DNA of 64,000 nucleotides from a virus (Duplodnaviria; Heunggongvirae; Uroviricota; Caudoviricetes): IMG/VR virus record IMGVR_UViG_3300037067_007156, positions 269,519 to 333,518 of that record; one strand, 5' to 3'. Shown piece by piece: positions 1 to 11,343 of this stretch (position 1 is its first letter; each line of letters starts with the position of its first letter). The notes under the pieces were generated by a model. It saw only the letters and a program-made list of their open reading frames with translations, ran no database searches and was not told where the DNA came from. The position numbers and the translations under genes were made by a program.

Positions 1-2135
1 ATAATAATAGCACTTGGATTTAGTAATCTTATTTGTTCTTTAGCTTCAATACCATTCATAATGGGCATTTGTATATCCATTAGTACGATATCTGGTTGAT
101 ATTTTGTGTATAACTCAACGGCTATTTTACCATTTTCAGCATGGATTATTTCACATTCAGTACATTTAAGTAGTTCATTTAAATAATCAAAATTGGTTAA
201 TATATCCTCTGCTATTAATATTTTTTTATCTGACCAATTGTAATTATTTATATTAAACAAAGATGTTGTTATTATATTTTCATTTTCTATAGTTGGTTTA
301 TAGGGTATGGTAAAATAAAATACACTACCATCTTTTGGTTTAGATTCTAACCATATTTTTCCGCCCATCAACTTAACAAGATTTAAACAAATGTTTAAAC
401 CGAGACCAGTACCACCATATTTTCTTGTTTTACTTTCATCTATTTGGCGAAATCTCTCAAATATTAAATCTCTATATTTTTCATGAATTCCAATGCCAGT
501 ATCTTTAATATAAAATTCAATAAAATTATTCTTAATCACAAAACCATATTCAACAAATCCTTCTTCTGTAAATTTAATAGCATTACTTAATAAATTTGAA
601 AGTACTTGTTTTACTCGATATGGGTCTATATAAACAAGCAACATTTGTTTTGATGGTATAGTTTCACAAACAAGATTTAAATTTTTATTATAAAACTCAA
701 TTTTATTCTTATATATGTTATATAAATCTAACATAATATTTTCAACATAATATTTTGTTTCTTCTATATTTAATTCATCAGATTCTATTTTGGCTATATC
801 AATTATATCATCAATTAATTTTAATAAATCGTCACCGCTTTCATTTATTATTTTGATATATTCTGTTTTTTTATTTAAAGATAGTTTATCATCTTTTAAT
901 AAATCAGAAAATCCAATAATCGCATTCATTGGAGTTCTTATTTCATGTGATAGATTGGCTAAGAAAGATGTTTTTAATTTATCAGATTTTTCAGCTTTTT
1001 CTTTGGCTTTTTCTAATTCTATTTCGTATAGTTTTCTCTCTGAAATATCCCTAATTATAGATAATAAACGATTTTTACCATCGTAATTTATAATTTTACC
1101 AGCCATTAAACCAGTTCTTTCTTCACCATTCTTTAATATAAATTCAACCTCATAATTATAATATTCACCATCATTTTGTTTTAAATATTCTATCATTTCT
1201 GTTCTTTTTTCTGGATATTTCCACATATTTAATTCATATATAGTTTTACCAATACACTCACTTCTATCCCATCCAGAAATCATCTCAAAAGCATCATTTA
1301 CTTCTAAATATTCTGATGTATCAACATCTGTAACAAGAACAGGGTCGGGTATAAACATAAATATTTTCGTGAATTTATCTTCACTCATTTTTATTATGTT
1401 TTCCATTTCTCTACGTATAGTTGTATCTCGTGTAAAAATGAAAATATATTCTTCATCATCGATTTTAAAATAATTCAGAGAAGCTTCCATTGGAAACGTT
1501 TCATTATTTTTAGTAAGATGAAAATGTTCTAATGTTATATTTTTTTTCTTTTTTAAAATATTAAAATATTCTTTCCATAAACTTTTATATTCTTTTGGTA
1601 CAAGGTCATACCAATCCATCTTTCTATTTATTTCTTCATCATCATAACCTAACATCTCATGATATGATTTATTACAATATGTAACCTCACCCTTTAAATC
1701 TAACCACATCATTCCTTCTTTGGTGTTTTCTATTGAAAATTCTTTCATTTTCAATACTTTTTCAAGTTCTTTCTTATGGGTTATATCTTCCTTAACAGCT
1801 ACAAATTTTAAAATATTTCCTTCATCATCTTTAAACGATGATATAGAAGCTGATTCCCAATAAAGCGTTCCATCTTTTCTTTTATTATGAAATTCACCTT
1901 TCCACTCTTTCCCACTAATAATAGTTTTCCACAAATTTTTATAAAAATCATCAGATTGTACACCCGATTTTAATATATTGGGTTTGTTACCCAAAACTTC
2001 TTCTTTCGAATAACCTGAAACTTCTATAAATTTATTATTTACAAATTCTACTATACCCTCTTTATCTGTAATGATAATACTGGCAGGTGAAAACTCAACA
2101 GCTTTTAATAAAATCTCGGCATTTATCGTGGACAT
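1..2135 (-). CDS. Hybrid sensor histidine kinase (3xPAS-HisKA-HATPase-receiver), truncated by window start; missing from ORF track
   Basis: Manual translation from ATG 2135: MSTINAEILLKAVEFSPASIIITD (PAS), two further PAS units, FLANLSHEIRTPMNAIIGFS (H-box), NLLSNAIKFT / DTGIGI / YGGTGLGL (N, G1, G2 boxes), ILIAED...DIVLMDIQMPIMNG (receiver). Confidence 0.93.
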   Translation of the reverse strand, partial: MSTINAEILLKAVEFSPASIIITDKEGIVEFVNNKFIEVSGYSKEEVLGNKPNILKSGVQSDDFYKNLWKTIISGKEWKGEFHNKRKDGTLYWESASISSFKDDEGNILKFVAVKEDITHKKELEKVLKMKEFSIENTKEGMMWLDLKGEVTYCNKSYHEMLGYDDEEINRKMDWYDLVPKEYKSLWKEYFNILKKKKNITLEHFHLTKNNETFPMEASLNYFKIDDEEYIFIFTRDTTIRREMENIIKMSEDKFTKIFMFIPDPVLVTDVDTSEYLEVNDAFEMISGWDRSECIGKTIYELNMWKYPEKRTEMIEYLKQNDGEYYNYEVEFILKNGEERTGLMAGKIINYDGKNRLLSIIRDISERKLYEIELEKAKEKAEKSDKLKTSFLANLSHEIRTPMNAIIGFSDLLKDDKLSLNKKTEYIKIINESGDDLLKLIDDIIDIAKIESDELNIEETKYYVENIMLDLYNIYKNKIEFYNKNLNLVCETIPSKQMLLVYIDPYRVKQVLSNLLSNAIKFTEEGFVEYGFVIKNNFIEFYIKDTGIGIHEKYRDLIFERFRQIDESKTRKYGGTGLGLNICLNLVKLMGGKIWLESKPKDGSVFYFTIPYKPTIENENIITTSLFNINNYNWSDKKILIAEDILTNFDYLNELLKCTECEIIHAENGKIAVELYTKYQPDIVLMDIQMPIMNGIEAKEQIRLLNPSAII

Positions 2136-2150
2136 TTATATAACTATTTT

Positions 2151-2164
2151 TTAATATATATTAA
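2151..2164. promoter_or_regulatory. Palindromic TTAATATATATTAA, putative bidirectional phage late-type promoter
   Basis: Carries the recurrent TTAATATATA motif on both strands between the divergent kinase and 2185 genes. Confidence 0.55.
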
Positions 2165-2184
2165 AAATAATAAAAAATTAAATC

Positions 2185-2661
2185 ATGAAATATTTAAATA
2201 AATTCGAAACTTTTGAAAGATATAAACCAGCAGAGATTACCAAAGGTGAATATTTTCATTTTTTAACAAAGAGGTATGACGTTGAAAAAGCTTGGGATTT
2301 AATCAGAAAAAATCCAAAAAAATTTGTTAAACCAGATGGTTCATATTATGAACTACCGGTAGATGATTTTTATGAATTAGTTTCAAAAACATTCGATGAA
2401 AATGGAATACAGGTTCAAAACGATGAAAGAGAAGTTGGTAAAAGATATAAAACGAAGATTGGTGTGACGGTTGATAAAAAAGTGGCAAATAAAATAACCG
2501 AAGATGAATTAAAAGACCCCTCAATATTTATTGAGGATGAAGATTTTCACATGTTAATAGATGGCTGGAAAAGAGTTTACAAAGCTAAAAAATTAGGCAT
2601 TAAAACAATCGATTGTTATTTAATAAAAGATGAGGCTGATTTGAAGAAAATAAGATTATAA
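2185..2661 (+). CDS. ParB/sulfiredoxin-like domain protein with capsid-targeting-like N-terminus
   Basis: MLIDGWKRVYKAKKLGIKTI resembles ParB box (DGxHR); starts MKYLNKFETFE. Confidence 0.6.
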   Translation: MKYLNKFETFERYKPAEITKGEYFHFLTKRYDVEKAWDLIRKNPKKFVKPDGSYYELPVDDFYELVSKTFDENGIQVQNDEREVGKRYKTKIGVTVDKKVANKITEDELKDPSIFIEDEDFHMLIDGWKRVYKAKKLGIKTIDCYLIKDEADLKKIRL

Positions 2662-2901
2662 AATAAAAAACCAAGATTTACTTGGTTTTATTTTTAAATA
2701 ATCTTCTTCGATAATTTTTTCGAATCCATTTTTTGACTTCCTCAAAGTTTTTAACCACTTCCTCTTGATTTGCCATCGGGGAATGTCTGTAACTATACAT
2801 AAGTTCGTAAAATTCCTGAGAATTCACAGATGTTCTTTGTTTAGGTTTTAAAAATTTTAGCATAATTTTATATTTTAATTTAATTAAATCTTATCTTCAT
2901 A

Positions 2902-4062
2902 TTAATCATTTTTTAAATTGTAAAAATGTTTCCTGATATTTTTTAAGATAATTTTAGAATTTTTTTCATCAACATCATTTTTCAAATTAGATTCTTTATA
3001 CACTTTCTCAATTTCTATGGTTTTATCATCAGAATCCTTTATTATATCATCGTATTCACGATTACCATGTTTTATATCTAATAATATTTCTCTATCTGGA
3101 CGTTTAACAATTACCCCCTTTCCTTGACCAATTTCAAGACACATTGTTAATAGTCTTGTTAGATGTAGAAGATTTTTTGAATCATAGTTCTTACCATGTT
3201 TCATATTGGTATCATAACGAACAGGATTCCTTTTTGAAACCCATGACCAATAATCAGTATAATCTTTCATATAGGATGTATAACCATCCTTATTATAAGA
3301 AAAAATGCATCTTGGTGTTTCTGTTTCTTTTACAGAGCTATATCTTAGTTCATTTGATACCAGTTCACCAGATTCGTTTTCTTTGATGATACCTTTATAG
3401 CCTTTAAACGAATTTCTAAATTTAGACTGAGCGTCCAATCTATCTTCTTCTTGTATTCGTTCATCAAAACACGCATGTGAAAATTCATCGTAGAATAGCG
3501 AAAAAACATCTCTTGCGTTTGGGACATTGACTATACCACAAAACTTTTGATTAAGCCCATTCTCGTTTAAAAAGCGTGTTAAAGGGTATGTTTTATATCC
3601 ATCAATAATAAAACAAAAATCCAATGGACTCTTTTTTTCTTTGGCAACAGGTTTAACAATTTTTTTATTTAAACCTCTGGCCTTTTTTATTTGTTGTTCG
3701 GCATACTTACCAAAAGTATCTTTTAGTTTTTTGGAAATATATTTTTCTTTATTTTCCAATAAAATATCAAAACATTTATGTTTAATACGAATATTTTCTT
3801 CTGGTGAATATAACAATTCAATAACTGTTGGATTTGATTTATTTAGAAGTTCGATGAAACGACCAATTTCAAAATATGTTATATCGTTTGTTTCGTCAGA
3901 AACCTCAGATATATAATCATTAGATAATAAATCATCCAATGGTAAAACAAATACACCTTTGAAATCAATATCCGAACCTTCTTCGTTTAATCCATAAGCA
4001 TGAGAACCAGTAAGGGCTTCAAATATAATTAGGTTTCTATCTTTAAGGTCTTGAATTGTCAT
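2902..4062 (-). CDS. Pol-beta superfamily nucleotidyltransferase (YcgL/RlaP-like)
   Basis: GSHAYGLNEEGSDIDFKGVF motif, NPTVIELL, YDSKNLLHLTRLL. Confidence 0.85.
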   Translation of the reverse strand: MTIQDLKDRNLIIFEALTGSHAYGLNEEGSDIDFKGVFVLPLDDLLSNDYISEVSDETNDITYFEIGRFIELLNKSNPTVIELLYSPEENIRIKHKCFDILLENKEKYISKKLKDTFGKYAEQQIKKARGLNKKIVKPVAKEKKSPLDFCFIIDGYKTYPLTRFLNENGLNQKFCGIVNVPNARDVFSLFYDEFSHACFDERIQEEDRLDAQSKFRNSFKGYKGIIKENESGELVSNELRYSSVKETETPRCIFSYNKDGYTSYMKDYTDYWSWVSKRNPVRYDTNMKHGKNYDSKNLLHLTRLLTMCLEIGQGKGVIVKRPDREILLDIKHGNREYDDIIKDSDDKTIEIEKVYKESNLKNDVDEKNSKIILKNIRKHFYNLKND

Positions 4063-5553
4063 ATTATTTTTCTTTTTTAGACACGGTTATTTTCAATGTT
4101 GTGTAATCATAACCAGCATTAGTCAACATGGTTTTTAAATCTTCTTCCCAGTCAACACGGTGACCAGTGGTTTTCGTCATTTCAAAGAATACACCCATCA
4201 AAGACTTACCGTTGTTATCTGGATAATCAAATAACCAGTCGTTTTCCCGTTTACTCCATTTGAGTTTTATAGCTGGTTTTCCCATAAATAATGTTTTTAA
4301 AACATTATACCTATACCAAAAACAAATGGAATTCCCACCCCAATACCCCACCTCTTAGTGTTTTTATTCCACATTATTTCAAGTATTATAATACTAATAC
4401 ATTTGATGTTTTTATTTTGTTTATCAGTCAAAAAACCAAATGTACAAGTATTTTCTTTACCAAAAGCGGTTATTACTTTCATAATAAAATTATTTTTTTA
4501 AAAAATCAGCAGCGTCATAAAAACCAAAACGGTTAGCAATCTGCCACAAATTTTTTAATTTTTAGCATATGTTGTTTTTTGATAATTATTCTTCTTCACA
4601 GAATTCAAGTGATTTTTGAACTTCATCAATAGTCTCAAAAATTTCACCACCTTGTTTATGATGAAGTGGAAAATATTGCCACCCACCTTTTACTGGTTTA
4701 ATTGTGCCAACTCTTTTACTATTACATCTTACAGGTATAGGTGTATTCCTATCACCAATTTTACCTTCTGTGTATAAATATTCTATCATAGGTTTTTAAT
4801 TAAAAATTATATTCGTAATATTTGTCAATAGCTTCTTTTGATTGTAAAATAGAAACAGTTAAGAAACCTTCATGTAACCCACCTTTACCAAACCATTTCA
4901 ATTTAGGAACTTCCCAGTAACCTTCAGCTCCAACTGGAACATTTGCATTACGTTTTATTTCAAGTCCACGATAATGAACAGTACGGTTGAAATTCTTAAC
5001 TTCAGTTCTTCTGTCACCTTCATGTTTATCGAAGGGGTCATTCGAAGTTGAGTGAGCTATTTCTATCGGTTGTGTTAAATCAAGTTCAAACATGCTGTAT
5101 AATTTTATACAACAAATATAAAAACAAAATAATAAAGAAAAAAATTACAGAAGAACTATTTTTAGTAGTCTATATCAGAAAGTGTCTTAGGGTTATAATT
5201 TAGAAAATATTTACATTTACAAGCATTTATATCCCCTAATATTATTTTATTCATTTTATGCCTATCATATTTTTCTGATAAATAATCTTCAGTAAAATCA
5301 AATATAAAATTTTTTTTATAATAAATTCTATAATTTATAGTAAACCCAAACCGTGACCATTGTTCAATAAAAAAATATCGTGAATTGTCAATATTTGATA
5401 TTAATTGTGTTATGGTATCTTTTATTTTTATTTTTTCATCAACACTAAATTCTGACTTAGTATTAAACTCATCAAGATTATTGCATTCTAATGATGATAA
5501 ATAATTAATAAGTCTGAGTTCTTTTAGTTTATCTATATCATCCATTTTTTATT

Positions 5554-5624
5554 CTTAATTTGAAGTGTTCACTCACTGGTTGATAGTGGTTGTGTCTACC
5601 TGTATTTTGAAATGCTCACTCACC
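5554..5624 (-). repeat. CRISPR-repeat-like 36-mer, 11-nt spacer and partial repeat at gene 3' end
   Basis: GGTGAGTGAGCATTTCAAAATACAGGTAGACACAAC (5624-5589), CACTATCAACC, AGTGAGTGAACACTTCAAATTAAG (5577-5554). Confidence 0.55.
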
Positions 5625-5890
5625 ATACCACTCACTAATTCATTAGCTTCCAAATCGTTAAGGTGATATTTCGATGATAAAATTTGATATATTTTTTCAT
5701 AACTATAATATAGAGTATGATTTTTTATATCGTAATTAAAATAAATTTCATCATCTTTTTTTCCGAATAAAATATTAGAATTATATTTAGAAACAAAAAA
5801 TTCAACGTCTTTAACAATTTGCCATAAGAAATACTTAGGGTTTCGTGCTTCCTGTATCTTTTGGATTAGTATGTCAATATTTTCTTCCAT
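5573..5890 (-). CDS. Hypothetical protein, MEENIDILIQKIQE paralog family (copy 1)
   Basis: About 17 substitutions over the first 102 aa versus 33547..33900 (manual count). Confidence 0.85.
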   Translation of the reverse strand: MEENIDILIQKIQEARNPKYFLWQIVKDVEFFVSKYNSNILFGKKDDEIYFNYDIKNHTLYYSYEKIYQILSSKYHLNDLEANELVSGMVSEHFKIQVDTTTINQ

Positions 5891-5892
5891 AT

Positions 5893-6255
5893 TTATAAAT
5901 TCAAATGTTTTTTAGCATTATTTAAATAAGAAATTATATTGTTTCGTCCTACTATATTTGATGAATGAACCAAACAGTTAGGTAATTTTTTATTATTTTC
6001 AACGCAATAATCCACAAGCCATTTTACACAATCATACCCCGTTCGCTCTTTTGTTTCACCATTTTCAGTAATGAAATCCGATATATCATGGTCAAAACTG
6101 ATATTTATCGGTAAATAATATTTAACTATTTTCTGAACAAAAGCGTCAAAAGATTTAACTATAATCCATTCTTTTTCATTATAAATTTGATTACCAGTTA
6201 TATTGTAAACCATTTGTATATCTCTGGAATCATCCAGTAATAAATTATAGTCCAT
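5893..6255 (-). CDS. Cyclic-phosphate-processing receiver-like domain protein
   Basis: LLLDDSR...ISFDHD...TGYDCVKWL...VHSSNIVG. Confidence 0.75.
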   Translation of the reverse strand: MDYNLLLDDSRDIQMVYNITGNQIYNEKEWIIVKSFDAFVQKIVKYYLPINISFDHDISDFITENGETKERTGYDCVKWLVDYCVENNKKLPNCLVHSSNIVGRNNIISYLNNAKKHLNL

Positions 6256-6555
6256 ATTTTTAAATGATTTTTACGTCAGTTTTTGTTGGCCTAAATGAAG
6301 TTCGTGAACTAACTAAATAAACAAAACCATTGTCTAATGTTAATTCTACAACACCACTCACCGAATTCCCTATGTATTGAACTTTTTCAACAACACCATT
6401 AATCATATCTTCACTTTTAGGGTAATCTTTAAAATGAGTGGTTTCGGTATGTTTACCCAACCACCAATTTTCATAAGTGGATTGATGTTTACTTTTCAAT
6501 TCCATACCTTTCACGGTTCTTAAACAACCCCTGCGTTCTGCCATTATTGTAATGT

Positions 6556-6879
6556 TTAATTCAACAAACCAAGTTCAAGTATCTTTTCTCTGCGAATTCT
6601 TTGTATTGAAACATCTTCGATAAAAATAGAATTCGGGTCGATATTTAACGTTGGTGCAATAATATTTTTACCAATCCTAAAAGCACCATTTTTTTTCTTC
6701 CACATCTTTGCTTGTGCAAGACGTGGAGTTAAATAGATATAAGTTTTATACCAATTCTGTCCAGATACACACCGATTCACGTTTCGTTTTTTATAAACAT
6801 AAGATTTAATGTATTGAGTTATACCGTTTTCATTAATAAAACTCAAAACATAAAAATCATCATTATTCGTTTGCGACAT
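6556..6879 (-). CDS. Hypothetical protein with C-terminal RxxKIxxL motif
   Basis: Ends IRREKILELGLLN; TATTTTTG element upstream (6909-6902). Confidence 0.7.
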   Translation of the reverse strand: MSQTNNDDFYVLSFINENGITQYIKSYVYKKRNVNRCVSGQNWYKTYIYLTPRLAQAKMWKKKNGAFRIGKNIIAPTLNIDPNSIFIEDVSIQRIRREKILELGLLN

Positions 6880-6937
6880 TTCACTTTAAGTTTAATTAAA
6901 GCAAAAATAAAGATAAATTTATTATAAAAAAAATTAG

Positions 6938-7423
6938 TTAAAAATAATATTTTAAGTTAGCTGATGTTATCATCAAATGATTATTCAAATATTCTACAAG
7001 GTCATTCCATAAAACTTTACACATATCAGCATGTAAATAACAATTATTACATAGATTAGGCTGGTTTACCAGTAACATTCCAAAAGATATATCTTCTGAT
7101 GTGTGTATAATATTATAATACCGGATATACAAATAATCACCTTTGATAAATATGATGAATTTAAAATTAATATATCCTTCTATATACTTGGAATGATTTG
7201 GATAATACAAATTAGCAATACCAGCATATTTTTTTCCATCTGTTTTTAAAATGGATATACGAATGTTGGTTTCATTACTATACCATTGTTCGATGTTTGT
7301 GTGAATATTGGGGTTTGAATTGGATATTTTGATAGAATCAGTAAACACTAAAGGAACTTGAGAAACAACTACACTGAAATGTATCAGAAGTAACAATAAT
7401 GTTGTTAACGTGTATTTTTTCAA
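6938..7423 (-). CDS. Secreted protein (signal peptide)
   Basis: MKKYTLTTLLLLLIHFSVVVSQ N-terminus. Confidence 0.55.
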   Translation of the reverse strand: MKKYTLTTLLLLLIHFSVVVSQVPLVFTDSIKISNSNPNIHTNIEQWYSNETNIRISILKTDGKKYAGIANLYYPNHSKYIEGYINFKFIIFIKGDYLYIRYYNIIHTSEDISFGMLLVNQPNLCNNCYLHADMCKVLWNDLVEYLNNHLMITSANLKYYF

Positions 7424-7433
7424 ACCTTTTCAT

Positions 7434-7793
7434 TTATTTTAAAACTTCTTTCAATAATTTTTTAAGTTCTTTTAAGAATTCATTGTAGTACATTAAAATT
7501 CCAATGTATTCATCTTCAGAATCTTTAGAAAGATAAGTTGTGCCATTTTTAAATATTAAAAATTTATTTTTTTTACCATCGATAGTAAATGTACAAGTCA
7601 AAAAATTTTCAGCTTCTCTTTTGATATCTTTTTGTAAAAATTCTACATTATAACCAAGCGATTTTATTCCTTTTTCAAGTAAATTAAATTGGTCTACCAC
7701 AGTTTTTAAAGGTGAAACTTCAATCTTGGCAACATTCTTATATTCATTTAATTTGTTCGAAATGAATTTTTTGAAATTAAAAAGTTTTTCCAT
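7434..7793 (-). CDS. Hypothetical protein with capsid-targeting-like N-terminus
   Basis: MEKLFNFKKFISNKLNE. Confidence 0.6.
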   Translation of the reverse strand: MEKLFNFKKFISNKLNEYKNVAKIEVSPLKTVVDQFNLLEKGIKSLGYNVEFLQKDIKREAENFLTCTFTIDGKKNKFLIFKNGTTYLSKDSEDEYIGILMYYNEFLKELKKLLKEVLK

Positions 7794-7836
7794 TTATATA
7801 AATTATTTTTTAGATAATTGTATATATAAAAACATT

Positions 7837-8367
7837 TTAATTTTTTAATTTCAAAACAAGTTCTTTTGATAACTTCAAAATGTCTTCATACGTACCATCA
7901 ACTATTTGGTATGTTTCACCAAGTTCATTTAATAAATGAAAAATCTCATCATCCAACTGTTTGGCTTCTTCTTTATTCTGGCTTCTTCCAATAGGGTGAT
8001 AAGATTTTTTCCTATTGATAAAAATATTAATATTTTTATACCTGTTATATTTTTGTAATACAATTCTTTTTAAATCTTCATCTTTTTCAGAATCATATAT
8101 AATTGATAACAATAACGGTGAATCCGTGACAACGATATCTACTTCATCTTCTACCATGAATATTTCATTATATTGTTTAGCAAAAACATACAATTGATTT
8201 TTCAACTGTTTATAATTTTTTCGCCATGTTAATTTTTTGGCATATTCAGAAACTTGTTCACAATTGATGTTATTCCATTTTAAATAAGAAAATATTTGAG
8301 AACAAGATGTGGATTTCCCAGCACCCGGCCCACTATACAGGTTTATTACAATTAATTTTTTATCCAT
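7837..8367 (-). CDS. P-loop nucleotide kinase / NadR-like AAA_28 ATPase
   Basis: Walker A SGPGAGKST; EYAK; VTDSPLLL; GRSQ. Confidence 0.8.
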   Translation of the reverse strand: MDKKLIVINLYSGPGAGKSTSCSQIFSYLKWNNINCEQVSEYAKKLTWRKNYKQLKNQLYVFAKQYNEIFMVEDEVDIVVTDSPLLLSIIYDSEKDEDLKRIVLQKYNRYKNINIFINRKKSYHPIGRSQNKEEAKQLDDEIFHLLNELGETYQIVDGTYEDILKLSKELVLKLKN

Positions 8368-8372
8368 GAAAA

Positions 8373-8666
8373 TTATTTTGCTATTTTAAATTCACCAGTT
8401 TTTTCAACTAAAAGATAATCACGACCATCTGATTTTTGAACAATATAACATTTTCTTCCAGTTTTTAATTTTTTTACTTTTCCTTCTAACTGGACTTCGG
8501 TTTTAGTAGTAACAACGTAAGTTACTTTGGATTTTATTTTTCCAAGATAATTTACACTTTCAATTTTTCCAACATACCCACTTTCATTTTCAGTGGTTGT
8601 TTTAATCGAAGAACTACATGCTATTAAAAATAACATTGTAACAAATAAAAAAATACTTTTTTTCAT
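8373..8666 (-). CDS. Lipoprotein
   Basis: MKKSIFLFVTMLFLIAC lipobox. Confidence 0.65.
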   Translation of the reverse strand: MKKSIFLFVTMLFLIACSSSIKTTTENESGYVGKIESVNYLGKIKSKVTYVVTTKTEVQLEGKVKKLKTGRKCYIVQKSDGRDYLLVEKTGEFKIAK

Positions 8667-9242
8667 GATTATTAAAATTTAAAAATTATAATTTAAAAGT
8701 TTTAGATGCATAAGAACCTGTGTTTAATTCCAGCTTTTTATTTAAAAAACCATAATATTTATAGGTTTCAGTTTCAACATATACTAAATCTTCATTATAT
8801 GTTTTTATCCAATTTAAAAATTTAATATTAAAATTGGAATAAATATAAATCTCACAAATATATGAAGTATCTTCGTAAAATGATGTTATATAATTAGATT
8901 TTTTTTCAATTCCAAATAAATCAGAATTTCCATAATATTTTTTTTGTAATTTACAAAAAATTTCTGTCAATTCCCGATGTAATATAATATGAGATTTTTC
9001 AATAACAATTCCATCTTTAGTAACAGTCATATAATCTTCAGGTAAACTTAAATATTTTAGAATTAATTTACCTATATTATTCTTATAATATTTATCCTTC
9101 GACATTTTTAAATCATTATACAACACTTTCTCGTTTGTAGAAAGTATCTTATATAAATCATTCATAAAATCCAAAGACTGGTCAATTGTCTGGTACATCC
9201 GAAGTCATTTATTTTTAAATAAATATATATTAAAATTAAATC

Positions 9243-10274
9243 TTAACTTTTTCCAAGTCTATCATAATCTACAATAATATTTATGATTATATATATCCCA
9301 GAACGGGTCTTCCCATCTAAATTTAACATTCCTATTCCATTTAATTTTAAAATATCACCATCTTTTGTTTTGGCTGGTATTTTAACACTATATGATTTTT
9401 TATCGGGTGTTGTTATCTGATAATCTAAACCGTTGATAGCGTCCTCGTAATGAAGGTTTAATTTAAATTCTAAATCATTATCAGGTCGAATTATAAATTC
9501 TGTTTCATTAATAAAATTAATAGATACAATTAAATCACCGCTTGTACCACGATAATATTTTGATTGATGACCATAACCACTTTTTCTGGTTCTAAATGAA
9601 TTCCTGACCTGATAAGAATTTAAAAAATTAAATTCTTCGGTTTTATTCTGAAGTTTTTCGCCTTTACATTTAGGACATGTAGCTGAATATATTTTTCCAC
9701 TACCCTGACAATGTTCACATTTATTACCATACATTCCTCGACCTGTACCACCACAAACATCACATACGAATGATTCACTCTGCGGGTCAAACCCAGTTCC
9801 ATTACATTCACTACAATGAACGTTTCTATTATAAACGACTTTTATCGGACTATTATTATAAACATCTTCCATTGAAACATTTACAGATACACCAATATCT
9901 AAATTCTCATGAAATTGTTCTTTAAAATTAAAATCAAACCCTTGGGTGTGTCCAAAATTTTTAAATATATTAAATATATCATTAAAATCACCACCACCTC
10001 GACTTCCAAATGGATTAAAACCACTACCAAAAGGATTAGGATTATAACTCTTACCATGTGGGCTTCTTACATCATACTCATTTCTTTTTTCATCATCACC
10101 AAGTATTTGATACGCCGCATTTATTTCTTTGAACTTTTCTTCAGATTTTTTATCTTGATTATTTTTATCTGGATGATGTTTTAAAGCTAACTTTTTATAA
10201 GTTTTCTTAATAGTTTCCTTATCAGCATCTTTAGTAAGACCTAAAATTGTATAATAATTTTTATTGTAATCCAT
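9243..10274 (-). CDS. dnaJ: DnaJ molecular chaperone
   Basis: J-domain HPD motif, G/F-rich linker, four CxxCxGxG-type zinc repeats, C-terminal domain. Confidence 0.95.
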   Translation of the reverse strand: MDYNKNYYTILGLTKDADKETIKKTYKKLALKHHPDKNNQDKKSEEKFKEINAAYQILGDDEKRNEYDVRSPHGKSYNPNPFGSGFNPFGSRGGGDFNDIFNIFKNFGHTQGFDFNFKEQFHENLDIGVSVNVSMEDVYNNSPIKVVYNRNVHCSECNGTGFDPQSESFVCDVCGGTGRGMYGNKCEHCQGSGKIYSATCPKCKGEKLQNKTEEFNFLNSYQVRNSFRTRKSGYGHQSKYYRGTSGDLIVSINFINETEFIIRPDNDLEFKLNLHYEDAINGLDYQITTPDKKSYSVKIPAKTKDGDILKLNGIGMLNLDGKTRSGIYIIINIIVDYDRLGKS

Positions 10275-10651
10275 TAATTTTTTATTTATTAAATATTTTA
10301 TAAAAATTTCATATCTATTGGTTCATAATTATTTAAAATAAACCATATAGCATTTTTTTTATTTAATCTTATTTTTATAGTATTACCTTTTGAGTTTTCT
10401 TTATATTCAATTCGATGTGAATTTTTTATCGAAAAAAAAACATTATGTATTTTAACTGGAATCTCTTCCTTCTCTATTATCTCATTCTCCTGAAGAGTTA
10501 ATGTTTTCTTAGATTTAGTTTCACTTATAACTCTATAAACAGTTGATGATTTTTTAGTTTGGATTAAAACATCTTTTCCGATATAAGACATAAAAAAATG
10601 AATATAAAATTTATTTATTATATTCATCAATTAACAAAAAGTTATTATTTT

Positions 10652-11323
10652 TTACTTATTTTTAATATAATTCCAATCGATATTATCTAACATTTTTTTA
10701 GAATTTATTCCAACATAAAAAATATTATTAGCTGAACCATGTTGTAATGCTTTGACTAATTCAGCTTTAGCTTCTGATACATTGTTGGCATCAATAAAAA
10801 ATACCGTACCATATCCCTTATGTGCATTTATAACATATTCCCTATTCCATATTTTATTACTTTTTCCTTTATACATCGCTTTTTTAATCGCATTAGGAAA
10901 ATTTTTTGTTACTTTATCTGCCCATAATACAAAAATAGGTTTGTCGCTGTATTCAGTGTGTTTCATTCCAGCAGCGTCATCAGCTATCAAATCATCATGT
11001 AGATTTTCATCTAATTTCTCAATTTTTTTCTTTAACAACTCAGGTTCTTTCTTTGAACGATTTGACCAATAATCATGTCCTGTACTATCATACCAAGATA
11101 CTAAGAAAATTTCATCAGCTGTCGAAAGAAAAATTCTACCATTAACATATGATTTATAAATAGCAAAAGCTTTTAAATTCAATTTTTTAGCTGCGCTTAT
11201 CAATTCTTTCTCTGTTTTTGCTCCTTTGGCCGAAGCTAATGTATCTTTTGAATAAAACATTTGATACGGGTATTCAGAAAATGATTTACTTTCGTTGATA
11301 TAATTGTTAAATGTTGTTATCAT
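10652..11323 (-). CDS. Hypothetical protein with capsid-targeting-like N-terminus
   Basis: MITTFNNYINES. Confidence 0.65.
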   Translation of the reverse strand: MITTFNNYINESKSFSEYPYQMFYSKDTLASAKGAKTEKELISAAKKLNLKAFAIYKSYVNGRIFLSTADEIFLVSWYDSTGHDYWSNRSKKEPELLKKKIEKLDENLHDDLIADDAAGMKHTEYSDKPIFVLWADKVTKNFPNAIKKAMYKGKSNKIWNREYVINAHKGYGTVFFIDANNVSEAKAELVKALQHGSANNIFYVGINSKKMLDNIDWNYIKNK

Positions 11324-11343
11324 TTTTATATTTTTATTTTTAA

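Noticed and set aside
790-1086. + strand 98-aa ORF, and similar antisense ORFs inside cas9, dnaJ, dut and others
   Set aside because: Shadows of well-supported opposite-strand genes
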